A stretch of 64,000 bases of DNA from Promethearchaeia archaeon (GTDB lineage Archaea; Asgardarchaeota; Lokiarchaeia; Sigyniarchaeales; SOKP01): assembly GCA_029856155.1 (NCBI GenBank), contig JAHQWL010000040.1, forward strand, positions 32,001 to 96,000. The letters run 5' to 3'. Positions 28,355 through 38,765 of this stretch are shown here, one piece after another; positions within the stretch are counted from its first letter, which is position 1, and each line of letters opens with the position of its first letter. The translations under genes and the position numbers were made by a program. Below the pieces are notes generated by a model that saw only the letters and a program-made list of their open reading frames with translations, ran no database searches and had not been told where the DNA came from.

Positions 28355-29542
28355 GTGCCTAAATTTAAAGCTGTCGCAATAACACTGACGATATTTTTAT
28401 TTATAGGCATAATACATGGTGCAATTTTAAATTCTTTTAATGTATTTGTGAGCTGGTTATTAATAGGAATATGGTTAATTTTTTCTTTCAAAGTTTTAAA
28501 AAATATTAAACAATATCGTGAATATCGAAGTCCTCACAATACTGCATTTTTTACCGTTGGTCCTGTTTTTGTAGGTATATTTTATTCCATCTGGGGAAAT
28601 TTTACTGGTTTATTAGGAGAAAATCTTCTTGTAATTTCAGATTTATATTTAAGTTGGTGGAGTATTCTATTTGGATTTCCTTATGTATTGTATGGCTCAA
28701 TATCGTTATATCATTGTTTTAAAAAATATAATGTAATTTATTTTGGGACAAAATCAATAAACGCACGAAAATTTGGCTATATGTTAGGTTTTTCAATTCT
28801 ATTTTTCATAATTGTTTACTGGATAAGTTTTTATTCACTTATCGACTACTATGAATCGTTATTAATACCTCTCCATTTTTTAATAGATCTTAATCTTTTA
28901 TTATTGCTTATTGGTTCTATATTAATAATAATTATTCACGGTTTTTTTGGAACTCGAACCCAATTACCCCGATTGACAAGAGATTATATAACTAGACGTA
29001 CAAGTAGATTGAATGATTTAGCATCACCTAATAGGCGTAGAGAAAGTACCCGTAGTACAATACGATCATCCCCCACACCATCAACTAGAACAGTATCTCG
29101 TACTTCAAGATCAGTTTCTAATTCCTCAAGATCAACTCCTACTGCACATATACAATCAAGGAGTTCTAGAGTCAAAACAACTACTCGAACTACAAGTGGT
29201 AGTAAAACAGGACAGCCATTTAGAAGTAGTAAAAGTTCTATAAAACACATAAATTTTAAGTTATATAGACCAAAAGCTGCGAATTTGTCAGTGGAAGATT
29301 TTAAATGCATATTTTGTTTTAGATTACCCGAATTTCCTAAGGATAAGGGAAGAGGAATAATTTTATGTCCAAATTGTAGATATCCCGCTCATGCGGATGA
29401 ATTCAAAGATTGGCTCAGAAGCTCTCGTCTTTGTTCTAGATGTAATGCTCCTATTCCATCAAGTTATAGGAAAAATCCTAAAATTATTAGTGTAAAAAAT
29501 TATATAGTCATTTATAAGAGCTTATTAAGCAAAAGACTGTAA
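28355..29542 (+). CDS. Multi-pass membrane protein with C-terminal RING-like zinc finger (candidate E3)
   Basis: ~6 TM segments, S/T/R-rich linker, CIFC-x16-CPNC-x4-H-x2-E-x3-W-x6-CSRC. Confidence 0.75.
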   Translation: MPKFKAVAITLTIFLFIGIIHGAILNSFNVFVSWLLIGIWLIFSFKVLKNIKQYREYRSPHNTAFFTVGPVFVGIFYSIWGNFTGLLGENLLVISDLYLSWWSILFGFPYVLYGSISLYHCFKKYNVIYFGTKSINARKFGYMLGFSILFFIIVYWISFYSLIDYYESLLIPLHFLIDLNLLLLLIGSILIIIIHGFFGTRTQLPRLTRDYITRRTSRLNDLASPNRRRESTRSTIRSSPTPSTRTVSRTSRSVSNSSRSTPTAHIQSRSSRVKTTTRTTSGSKTGQPFRSSKSSIKHINFKLYRPKAANLSVEDFKCIFCFRLPEFPKDKGRGIILCPNCRYPAHADEFKDWLRSSRLCSRCNAPIPSSYRKNPKIISVKNYIVIYKSLLSKRL

Positions 29543-29574
29543 TTTCTTTAAATTATTAGAATTTTAATTAAAAA

Positions 29575-30519
29575 CTAACTTCTAATTTTCAGTTTTTTTT
29601 TTAATTCCCCTACAGTTGTTTTCAATTCAGCATATACGTTATGTGGATGGATACTTTCAAAGCTTTCAATTTTAAATTTTATTTTAAAATCATCTTCAAG
29701 ATTGGCAAAATCTCTTATAATGAAATTTTTTGCCATTTCTCTGATAACATCTTCAGAAAAAAGAGGTTTTAAATGAGCACTTCTTACTAATTCAGCTTCT
29801 TCAGGTCTTTTTAAAACAGATTGAATTTTTCCACTCATGGAGTCCTCTATTACATCAATGATATCTAAAACATCTATCTTATGATTGGTAAGGTCTTTTA
29901 TCTGAATGATTATCGTTCCAATAGATCTTTGATTGTGAGAAGAAAAGGGTAGGATATTTAATAATTTGTTGAGATCCTCCTCTGAAACGTTAATATCTTT
30001 TCTAGAGTTCACAACTTGTTCTGCATATTCCAATGAAAGCTCTTTAGCGCAAGGACATACTGTCATACCGACTGCACTAGCACTTATAAAATAATTATAA
30101 TCAATATTGCCTGAAATATCTCGACTTGCTTTTACAAAAGAACTAATTTTATAGGATTTTTGAATGATTCTTTCATCATTTTCTCTTACTTGTACGATGA
30201 TTTTTCCCTCTAATTTAACTTCAGCTTTTGAAGTATATGGGTGACGTTCCATCAATCTTTTTACAATTCTATCTCCTACAAGCTCAATTGTAGGAGTCGG
30301 TTTGAAAATTACTTCATTAATGACTTCTTCAATAGTCTCTGAAGTTCGGGACATATGTATACCACGTTGCTCAGCAGGAAGATTGATTAATGCCGAAATT
30401 TTAGGGTAAAACGAGTATCTTTTATTTTCTTGAACAATCTCAACTTTTTTTTCTAATTCTACAATACCAACCTTATCTATGGGAATGTCTATTGCTGAAC
30501 CAGAGTCTTGCAAATCCAA
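29575..30519 (-). CDS. mptA: GTP cyclohydrolase IV (MptA/FolE2 family)
   Basis: RGIHMSR, TVCPC, HNQR, LKRPEE, ESIHPH. Confidence 0.88.
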   Translation of the reverse strand: MDLQDSGSAIDIPIDKVGIVELEKKVEIVQENKRYSFYPKISALINLPAEQRGIHMSRTSETIEEVINEVIFKPTPTIELVGDRIVKRLMERHPYTSKAEVKLEGKIIVQVRENDERIIQKSYKISSFVKASRDISGNIDYNYFISASAVGMTVCPCAKELSLEYAEQVVNSRKDINVSEEDLNKLLNILPFSSHNQRSIGTIIIQIKDLTNHKIDVLDIIDVIEDSMSGKIQSVLKRPEEAELVRSAHLKPLFSEDVIREMAKNFIIRDFANLEDDFKIKFKIESFESIHPHNVYAELKTTVGELKKKLKIRS

Positions 30520-30627
30520 TTTAAATTTGGGAATTTAAAGTCACCAGAATCAAAAATTAATTTTTTAATGTTCTATTTTTTAAAAGGATTAGAAATATTT
30601 AAAATGATTTACAATGTTTATGAATTA

Positions 30628-31797
30628 ATGGCTAATAAATACTTATTCAGCAATTATGCTTTAATTGGAGAGAATTTAGATTTAAAGCAGAATGTAAATT
30701 TAGAAATAGACCAAAATGGAAGAATTACCCATATTTCTTGCGATAATATAAGTGAAAATATCGAAATTCTAGCGAATCATCAGACATTTTTAATGATGCC
30801 AGGTTTTATAAACTCACATGTCCATATTGGAGATAATTTCGCAAAAGAATTGGGTTTTAATAAAGATCTAGGGGAAATTGTTGCCCCACCATTTGGTCTT
30901 AAACATAAATTATTAAGACAAACTCCAAAAGATATTAAAATTAATGGAATTCAAAATGCTGTTCTAGAAATGCTTTCAAATGGTATTACATTTTTTATTG
31001 ATTTTCGAGAGGAAGGAGTAGATGGTTTAAAGCTTTTAAAAACAGCGCTTACTGACAGTTCAATTAATTTTTTAGCTTTAGGACGATTTATGGATGAAAG
31101 TGAAATAGAATCTATATTTGATATAGCAGATGGTGTTGGATTATCTAGTTATAAACAAATTACTTCATCAAATAAAAGATTTATTGTATCTGCTAAACAT
31201 AAATTTAAAAAAATTATTGCTTGCCATTGTGCAGAAAAGATTCGTAGTGAAAATTTAATAGATAAAATATTTAACGATAATATTGTTGATGTCATTATTC
31301 ATGGAACCAAATTTACCAAAAAAGATTTAGAAAAAATAAATAGATATAATAAATCTCTTGTTTTATGTCCTCGTTGTAATGGATATTTTGGAACTGGATT
31401 TCCTCCCATCAGTGAAGTTATTAACTTGAAAATTCCAATATCATTAGGCACAGATAATTTAATGGTAAATAATACTGATTTATTTGAAGAGATAAGATAT
31501 CTTTATCGAATTTCGAGGGTTTTATGCAATTATAATAAAGAGCTTCAAGTTTCCTCCAAAGATTTATTGAAAATGATAACAATTAATGCTGCAAAAAATT
31601 TTAATCTCGAAAAAGAGTTTGGCTCAATTTCAATAGGAAAATTTGCTGATGTTTTTTTAATTGATCTTGGCTCTCCAAATCTTTTTTCTTCTAAATTAGA
31701 TTCTAATAATATATATAATTTAATTACTCAAAGAACAAAATCAGAAAATATAAAAAAGACATTTATTAAAGGAGGGTTAGTATTTGAAAAAAGTTAA
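30628..31797 (+). CDS. Amidohydrolase family protein
   Basis: PGFINSHVH, HCAE, IHG, CPR.N, LGTDN, T.NAA; start taken as the ATG at 30628 (uncertain). Confidence 0.85.
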   Translation: MANKYLFSNYALIGENLDLKQNVNLEIDQNGRITHISCDNISENIEILANHQTFLMMPGFINSHVHIGDNFAKELGFNKDLGEIVAPPFGLKHKLLRQTPKDIKINGIQNAVLEMLSNGITFFIDFREEGVDGLKLLKTALTDSSINFLALGRFMDESEIESIFDIADGVGLSSYKQITSSNKRFIVSAKHKFKKIIACHCAEKIRSENLIDKIFNDNIVDVIIHGTKFTKKDLEKINRYNKSLVLCPRCNGYFGTGFPPISEVINLKIPISLGTDNLMVNNTDLFEEIRYLYRISRVLCNYNKELQVSSKDLLKMITINAAKNFNLEKEFGSISIGKFADVFLIDLGSPNLFSSKLDSNNIYNLITQRTKSENIKKTFIKGGLVFEKS

Positions 31798-32452
31798 CAA
31801 CCCCTATATTATTTTAAACGCTGCAATGACTATAGATGGTAAAATTGCTACTAAAGAAGGTGATTCAGAATTATCGGATAAAGTTGACTGGAAAGAGGTT
31901 CATAAACTTCGAACTCAAGTTGATGCAATAATGGTAGGAAAGGAGACAATTTTAAAAGATAATCCAAAATTGCATATTAAATATTATAACCACAAAGGAT
32001 ATTATAGAATTGTTTTAGATAGCAATTTGACGATACCACTAGAATCGAATGTAATTTCCTTTCAACCAGACATTTATCCTACAATAATTTGCATTACTGA
32101 CAATGTTCCGTTTACCAAACAAAGAGATTATGAAGAAAAAGGAGTAAAAATAATTAGAGCTGGGGATGGTAAACGTGTGGATTTAATAAAGCTTTTACCG
32201 ATCCTAAAAAGTTTGGGAATAAATACTATCTTACTTGAGGGTGGGGGTAATTTGAATTGGAGTTTTATACAAAATAATTTAATTGATGATATAAGGTTAA
32301 CTATAGCGCCCTGGATTGTGGGTGGAAAGGAAGCAACAAGCTTGGTAGAAGGAATAGGATTTGAAGAGATAAAAAGTGCACCTAGATTCGATTTATTTGA
32401 TGTTAAAATCAGAACTTATTATATTACTTTAAGTTATAAAAAGAGAAAGTGA
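31784..32452 (+). CDS. arfC: 2,5-diamino-6-ribosylamino-4(3H)-pyrimidinone 5'-phosphate reductase (RibD C-terminal/Rib7)
   Basis: AMTIDGKIA, VHKLR..DAIMVG..T...DNP.L, EGGG. Confidence 0.85.
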   Translation: MKKVNNPYIILNAAMTIDGKIATKEGDSELSDKVDWKEVHKLRTQVDAIMVGKETILKDNPKLHIKYYNHKGYYRIVLDSNLTIPLESNVISFQPDIYPTIICITDNVPFTKQRDYEEKGVKIIRAGDGKRVDLIKLLPILKSLGINTILLEGGGNLNWSFIQNNLIDDIRLTIAPWIVGGKEATSLVEGIGFEEIKSAPRFDLFDVKIRTYYITLSYKKRK

Positions 32453-33573
32453 TGATTGAAAAGAAAATCAAGCAGTTAATGGGTTTAACTATTAAGAAAT
32501 TAAGTATTAAGGTTAAAGATATAAAAGATCAATTACCTGAAGAAGATCGTTATGTAATTACATATTCTAAAAATTTTACACTTTCTCTTTCAAATTATTG
32601 TATAAATCAGTGTGGATATTGCGTTTATAATTATAAAATTCCGAAATTATGTAGCGATGACAATGTTACTTTACTTAGTAATGAATGCATTGTAAATTTA
32701 ATTCAGAAAGCTCTTCAATACAATTGTAAAGAAGCTCTTATAATGTCTGGAGAATGTCCCGAAAGTTTTCTTGAAGTTAAAAAAGAACTTGAAAAAAGAA
32801 ATTGTTCAAATTATATTGATCTTGTAAAAGATATTAGTAGTAATCTTCTAGATTTTAATATTTTACCCCATACAAATTTAGGATATCTAACTTATAATGA
32901 ATTAAAGAATTTAAAAAAATATAATGCAAGTATGGGATTAATGCTTGAAAGTACAAGTATGAAACTCTTTGAAAAAGGCGAAGTACATGAGTATTCTCCT
33001 GGAAAACTGCCAAAAAAAAGAATAGAGCATATAAATAATGCAGGAAAATTAAAAATTCCATTTACTACAGGTTTATTATTAGGTATTGGAGAAAGTATTG
33101 AAGATATCATTGGAGATTTATACTTAATTAAGGAGATCAATGATGAATATGGGCATATACAAGAAGTAATAATTCAGAATTTCATAAATAAACAAAATAT
33201 CCCTTACCAGCCCAAAAAGTTAATTACTCTTGAAGAAATGCTTAAAATAGTAGGATTTGCTCGAATTATCTTTAAAAACGAAATGGCTATTCAAGTCCCT
33301 CCAAATCTTATAAAGGGTTTTGAAAGAGAGTTTATCGATATGGGAATTGATGATTTTGGCGGAATTTCCCCTATCACATTAGATTATATAAATCCTGACA
33401 ATCAATGGCCTCAAATAGATGAATTAGGTAAAATTTGTAAAGAGAAAGGTTATAATCTCAAAGAGAGACTTCCTATTTATAACAAGTTTATCAATAAAGA
33501 AGGTTTTTGTTCAGAAAATATTAAAAAAGTAATAGATAATATAAACTTAAATGATAAATACTCCGTTTTCTGA
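32449..33573 (+). CDS. cofG: FO synthase subunit CofG
   Basis: ITYSKN, CINQCGYC, PHTN.G, SMGLMLE, IPFTTG.L.GIGE, QVPPNL, GGISP. Confidence 0.92.
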   Translation: MMIEKKIKQLMGLTIKKLSIKVKDIKDQLPEEDRYVITYSKNFTLSLSNYCINQCGYCVYNYKIPKLCSDDNVTLLSNECIVNLIQKALQYNCKEALIMSGECPESFLEVKKELEKRNCSNYIDLVKDISSNLLDFNILPHTNLGYLTYNELKNLKKYNASMGLMLESTSMKLFEKGEVHEYSPGKLPKKRIEHINNAGKLKIPFTTGLLLGIGESIEDIIGDLYLIKEINDEYGHIQEVIIQNFINKQNIPYQPKKLITLEEMLKIVGFARIIFKNEMAIQVPPNLIKGFEREFIDMGIDDFGGISPITLDYINPDNQWPQIDELGKICKEKGYNLKERLPIYNKFINKEGFCSENIKKVIDNINLNDKYSVF

Positions 33574-34681
33574 AAATATCAGTCCAAAAATAAGGAAGAT
33601 TCTAGAGAAGTCTTTAGATTCGGATGAAATAAGTTCAGCAGAAGCCTTAGAACTCTTGAAGGTAAAGGGAAAAGAGTTTTTTGCTTTACAGTATGTTGCT
33701 GATCAGATCTGCTTTGAAAAAAAGCAAAATCTTGTGACTTTTGTTATAAATAGAAATATAAATTTCACTAATATTTGTTATCAATGTTGTAAATTCTGTT
33801 CTTTTAGTTTACCAGCAATACATCCTAAAGCATTCTTACTTACTATTGATCAGATTAGAGAAAAAATAATTGAGGCTAAAAATGCAGGATGTACGGAAGT
33901 TTGTATTCAAGGTGGCATAAATCCTGACGTAAAGTTTGAATTTTATTTAGATATTCTTAAAACTGTTAAAAATATCGATCCAAAAATGCATATACATGCA
34001 TTTTCTCCACAAGAAATATTCTATATGACTAAATTGTTTGAAAATTCGATAATAGACACCCTTAGAGAATTAAAAAAAGCAGGGCTGGATTCTATTCCAG
34101 GAACAGCTGCAGAGATATTAGTTGATGAAATAAGAAAAGTAATTTGCCCAAATAAGGTTAATACTTCTCTATGGAAAGAAATTATAACTACGGCTCACAA
34201 ATTAAAGATTCCAACAACGTCTACCATAATGTATGGCCATATTGAAAGGTTAAGTGATAGAGTTAAGCATTTGGAAATATTAAGAGATATACAAAAGGAA
34301 ACTCATGGTTTCACTGAATTTGTACCATTACCATTCGTTAAAGAAAATCCGATTTTATCTCAGCTTGAAAATTTTCCTTTAAAACCAAACTATGGAATGG
34401 ATGATTTAAAACTATTTTGTGTAGCAAGATTATTCTTAAATAATTACATTGATAATATACAATGTAGTTGGGTAAAATTAGGACCAAATTTTGCGCAAGT
34501 TTCTTTAAATTACGGGGTTAATGACTTCTCTGGAACATTAATGGAAGAAAATATTTCAAAAAGTGCCGGTGCTGAATTTGGTGAGTATTTATCTCCAGAA
34601 GAAATAGTGAAAATAATAAATACCGCAGGAAAAAGACCCGCACAAAGAGATACCATATATAATATTATAAAATACTATTAA
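33551..34681 (+). CDS. cofH: FO synthase subunit CofH
   Basis: NRNINFTNIC...CKFC, PGTAAEIL, STIMYGH, FTEFVPL, SWVKLG, GTLMEENI. Confidence 0.93.
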   Translation: MINTPFSENISPKIRKILEKSLDSDEISSAEALELLKVKGKEFFALQYVADQICFEKKQNLVTFVINRNINFTNICYQCCKFCSFSLPAIHPKAFLLTIDQIREKIIEAKNAGCTEVCIQGGINPDVKFEFYLDILKTVKNIDPKMHIHAFSPQEIFYMTKLFENSIIDTLRELKKAGLDSIPGTAAEILVDEIRKVICPNKVNTSLWKEIITTAHKLKIPTTSTIMYGHIERLSDRVKHLEILRDIQKETHGFTEFVPLPFVKENPILSQLENFPLKPNYGMDDLKLFCVARLFLNNYIDNIQCSWVKLGPNFAQVSLNYGVNDFSGTLMEENISKSAGAEFGEYLSPEEIVKIINTAGKRPAQRDTIYNIIKYY

Positions 34682-34720
34682 GATCTTGATCTTTTTATTA
34701 ATTTATATTTGAAATTTTAA

Positions 34721-36589
34721 TTATAAATGGGGTTTTTGGGACTGAAGTAAGTCTAAAACATAACGCTGGGCAATTAGATCTGAGTTAACTTTTCCTAATA
34801 CAATACCTTCTTCCACAACAGGCATTGCTGAGATTTTATACTGTTCCAATTCACGTACTATATCTACAATTGTAAAATTTGGATGAGAAGTAATAACATC
34901 TCTAGACATTATTTTATCAAGAGTATCATTTATATTTCCGTCCGCTGTAGCTTTAGTAATATCCCAATCGGTTACAACACCTACAAGTTTACCACTCGAA
35001 AGAACAGCTATAATATCACTTGCTTCTTTAATAATCAAGGATGCGGCTTCTTGAATTGTGCTTTTAACGTCGATAGTTGGTATTGCTATCATAATATCTT
35101 TAGCTGTACGTTCTCTTTCTTTTGCTGTAAGACGTTGAAGGCTTATTTGTTCAGCAGCAGTGCAGGGTAACATATCAGAATTTTTAATTAAAATATCAAC
35201 TAATTCAATCATGTTATTATGAATTACTTTTTCTCTATATTCCTCACCTGCTAGTAAGCGTTGTTTTGATAATTCAGCAAATTCATTTGTATGATCTTTT
35301 AACCATTCTTGTACTGCTTCACGATTACCTAACATTTCTTCTGGAATTTGTAAGTGATCTGGGGTTTTTATAATATGTTCTTGGGCTGCAAATATTACTC
35401 CCCCCGAATTAACTAAATAATCATTTGCGATCATAACTCCTTTTTCTCGATATACAATCTGTTCCATTCGAATTCGGGCAGTTTTTCTGTTTGGATCAGG
35501 AGAATAAGTATTAGCTCCTTCAATAATTAATGACCATTTTCCCATTCGATCAACGGTCATCGAGGGATTTTCTGAACTTCTAACACATAAGTAATTAAAA
35601 ATTGGAGCGGCAGGAATGAAACAAAATGCATTTTCCAAGAGTAAATTATCTGCATTTGTAGAAAATTTAGTTGGGTGTTTATATCCCTCTGAGATTATTT
35701 GATTTTTAAAATATATATTAGTAACTAATTTTTTTTCTTTCCATAATTTAAATAATTCTCCAATAGGCAATCCAGATTTGTTATATAAATATCCCTCCAA
35801 ATCACTAATTCCTATAACTTTTGCTTCAGGTAATCTTTCTTTCAATATCCGGGCTGCATGTGCACCAACAGCCCCAAAGCCTTGAATCAAAATACTAAGG
35901 TCTTGTATATTAGGAATTTCCAAATTAGCAAATTGATTAAGTATTCTTAATCTTGGCATAATTTTTAACAAAGTTTGTAAAGCAATTATAACTCCTCCGG
36001 CAGCAGCCCCAATTTCATCAATACGATTCCCTCCCATATCAGCGGGTTTAGAGAGAGCATTATCTAACCCATTCTCAATAGCAATAGTCTTCATATCAGC
36101 ATCATTTGTGCCAACATCAGGTCCTGGAAGGTAAATCTCCTTATACCGTCGAATTAATTGGGCGAAACCACGAACAACTTCAGTGTGTTTTTCGGGAGAG
36201 AGGTCCCTTTCAGTCACAATTCCAGCTTTTCCGCCCCCATAGGGGAGATTAGCAGCAGCATTTTTTAATGTCATACCTCGTGCTAAATTATGGATATCAG
36301 ATGGAGTTATATTTGGTAACATCCTAATCCCCCCCATTGAAGGGCGACCTCCCGCGAGAGAATCCACGACTACATATCCTCCGATTTCAAGTGGTGAATC
36401 TTCATCCCATATACAGGCAACTAGGTGTGGACCTACTTTATCACTAATAATTCCTAAATGTGATAAAAGATGGACATCTAAATTACTAAATTCTATATAA
36501 CATTTTCCTTGATCTTTCTTAAGCCGAGCCTTAAAAGTATCTTTCGGAAGATATTCATTAAGAAATGACTCCATATTTTTTGGGATCAT
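34721..36589 (-). CDS. Glu/Leu/Phe/Val dehydrogenase family protein with C-terminal CBS pair
   Basis: GGIRM, MTLKNA, GGGKAG, GPDVGT, QGFGAVG, EGAN, NSGGV; LVGVVTDWDI and MPVVE CBS motifs. Confidence 0.88.
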   Translation of the reverse strand: MIPKNMESFLNEYLPKDTFKARLKKDQGKCYIEFSNLDVHLLSHLGIISDKVGPHLVACIWDEDSPLEIGGYVVVDSLAGGRPSMGGIRMLPNITPSDIHNLARGMTLKNAAANLPYGGGKAGIVTERDLSPEKHTEVVRGFAQLIRRYKEIYLPGPDVGTNDADMKTIAIENGLDNALSKPADMGGNRIDEIGAAAGGVIIALQTLLKIMPRLRILNQFANLEIPNIQDLSILIQGFGAVGAHAARILKERLPEAKVIGISDLEGYLYNKSGLPIGELFKLWKEKKLVTNIYFKNQIISEGYKHPTKFSTNADNLLLENAFCFIPAAPIFNYLCVRSSENPSMTVDRMGKWSLIIEGANTYSPDPNRKTARIRMEQIVYREKGVMIANDYLVNSGGVIFAAQEHIIKTPDHLQIPEEMLGNREAVQEWLKDHTNEFAELSKQRLLAGEEYREKVIHNNMIELVDILIKNSDMLPCTAAEQISLQRLTAKERERTAKDIMIAIPTIDVKSTIQEAASLIIKEASDIIAVLSSGKLVGVVTDWDITKATADGNINDTLDKIMSRDVITSHPNFTIVDIVRELEQYKISAMPVVEEGIVLGKVNSDLIAQRYVLDLLQSQKPHL

Positions 36590-36878
36590 AATATTAAACC
36601 ATTTGAGGATGTTTAGTTCATAAGCGTATGCTATATAAGTTTATTAATTATTTAAATTTCTACTCATAAATTAATTATAAAACATATAATATTAATAAAT
36701 GGGAATCCTTAGAATTTTAAAAAGACTAATTTTGTTAATTTTAGTTCACAAATGAAATTTATTAAATTCTAATAAATAAAAACTAACAAATTTAATTCTA
36801 AATATCAAAATTTTAAAAACTAATAAAATTATTTTTTGATTAAAAATTAGAATTAATATTAAAATTATAAAGAAAGAA

Positions 36879-37178
36879 TTGGTGATTGTTATCCCGATAA
36901 CCCTAATAGCAACTGTTCGAGTGAAAAATGGAAATATGGAAAAGGCTATTGAAGCTTTAAAAGAAGTTGTACCTAAAATAAAAGAATCAGAATCAGGATG
37001 TTTACAATACATTCCTCACACAATAAAGGGAGAGGAAAACTCAATTATTTTTTATGAAGTATATGCTGATTCTGATGCATTGAAACTACATAATAAGAAT
37101 TTAGGTAAGAACATGGCAAAACTAGGTCCACTTCTAGAACCTGGAATGGACGCAAAGATATGTCATGAAATAGTTTAA
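36879..37178 (+). CDS. Antibiotic biosynthesis monooxygenase (ABM) domain protein
   Basis: ESGCLQY..H, FYEVY.D..AL..H. Confidence 0.8.
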   Translation: MVIVIPITLIATVRVKNGNMEKAIEALKEVVPKIKESESGCLQYIPHTIKGEENSIIFYEVYADSDALKLHNKNLGKNMAKLGPLLEPGMDAKICHEIV

Positions 37179-37193
37179 TAAACAATTTTTTTT

Positions 37194-38765
37194 TTATTCA
37201 TCTTGGATATAAGGTTTTCCAAAAAATAAAAAAATTTCTGCTTTTTTCAGTTCTCTACCTAAATAATTTAAATGAGATATATCTTTAGTTAAGTCATTTT
37301 GAATTATCTTTTTATTTAAAGCTTCAGCATTTTCCCCTATAAAAGTTTGAAGTAAATTGTCATCATAAGAATAGAAATGAACAAAAATTTTTTTAGAATA
37401 GTTATCTGTATAAATTCTAAAATATCCATTAGGATCGGGGATATAATCTTGTACGGTTTTATCTACTAATATCACATTAGCTTGATTTATAGTAGGTAAT
37501 TCTTGACTTGTTTTTCCTTTAGCCTTTAATATTGAGATTCCTTGGTTTATTGGGGGAGTTTTATTATGTTGGGCAATATAATTTAATTTTACACTATCTT
37601 TTAATTCTCTTACCCCTCCCATTAATTTTGCACTATGTTCAACAGTAAAAAGAATTCCCATATCTAATTCAATTGCAATACTAGCTAAAAGTCCATTAAT
37701 TCCGACAGAATCAATATCCATGAGTTCTACTACGTTTGAAATTCCAAAAAACATTGGTAATTCAAAAGGTTTATACTTATTTTCAATAACTTTCTTTTTA
37801 TATAGAAAATAAGCTTCCAAAGAGTTGCAAATTCCTGGACTAATTGGTGTTTCTAATAAAGGATCAGCTATTAATTTCTTGAATCCATTGCTAAATAATA
37901 TCTTTGTTAATTTAAATAAATTTTTAACTCGAGTCTCGGGATCTTTAGGAAAATAGGCTTCCTTAACATTTGTGGGGAGTATAACAATAGGAATGTTTTT
38001 AGGCAGATTTAACATTTCTTCATAATTGCCAAGATCTAAACTTAAAATGAGGTCAATGTTTTCATCTGCAGCAGCATTTATCTCTTCTGGGACCATTGAA
38101 TCGATACTTATCAAAACATTATATTTGGACCTTATTAATTTAATTATCTCTTTGATTCTTTCGGGTTTTGGTTTATTAGATATACATCCAATATCTATAA
38201 TATCCGCTCCAGAATTTATATAATGTTTTGTTTTTTTAAGAATATGCTCATTGTTTTTTTCAGTACAATTGACTATCTCAGCAATTATAGGGGGTGGCAT
38301 ATCCCTTCCAATTATGATATTGGGGGTTTTTTCATTAATGTAAAATGTATGAGAACCAAGTTGATTTTTAGCTAGTTCTAATTGTTCCTTTACAATATCA
38401 GTATATTCGTTTTCTCCTGAAATCTCTAATAATCTATTTGCCGGTATTGTATTAGATAAGTTGAAATTTTCTAAATTTTTTAAAGTAATAGACAAATCAG
38501 AGGCAAATTCTGGTCCCTTTCTAATATTTATAGAAAATTTTTCTTCTAAATTTGTAGAATCCCACTGGATAAAACCAGGTAATAATATCAAATCATAATT
38601 AGAAATTTCTATCTGTTCTAAAATAGTAGTTGTTATAGATTCTGTGAGAAATGCAGAAATAGATATTGGTGCTTTTATAATGTTTATCTTATGCTCTTTT
38701 ACGTGTTCAACTATCTTTTCTATTATGTCATAACTCTGTAGGCCAGTAATTATAAGAATTCTAAT
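37194..38765 (-). CDS. Dihydropteroate synthase-like protein with C-terminal DUF4346-like domain
   Basis: AEIV, GADIIDIG, SIDS, DPLL, G.SNV.EL.D.DS.GIN, DPNGYF, H..YLGREL; frame stays open up to ATT at 38765 (IRILIITG...). Confidence 0.85.
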   Translation of the reverse strand: MRILIITGLQSYDIIEKIVEHVKEHKINIIKAPISISAFLTESITTTILEQIEISNYDLILLPGFIQWDSTNLEEKFSINIRKGPEFASDLSITLKNLENFNLSNTIPANRLLEISGENEYTDIVKEQLELAKNQLGSHTFYINEKTPNIIIGRDMPPPIIAEIVNCTEKNNEHILKKTKHYINSGADIIDIGCISNKPKPERIKEIIKLIRSKYNVLISIDSMVPEEINAAADENIDLILSLDLGNYEEMLNLPKNIPIVILPTNVKEAYFPKDPETRVKNLFKLTKILFSNGFKKLIADPLLETPISPGICNSLEAYFLYKKKVIENKYKPFELPMFFGISNVVELMDIDSVGINGLLASIAIELDMGILFTVEHSAKLMGGVRELKDSVKLNYIAQHNKTPPINQGISILKAKGKTSQELPTINQANVILVDKTVQDYIPDPNGYFRIYTDNYSKKIFVHFYSYDDNLLQTFIGENAEALNKKIIQNDLTKDISHLNYLGRELKKAEIFLFFGKPYIQDE

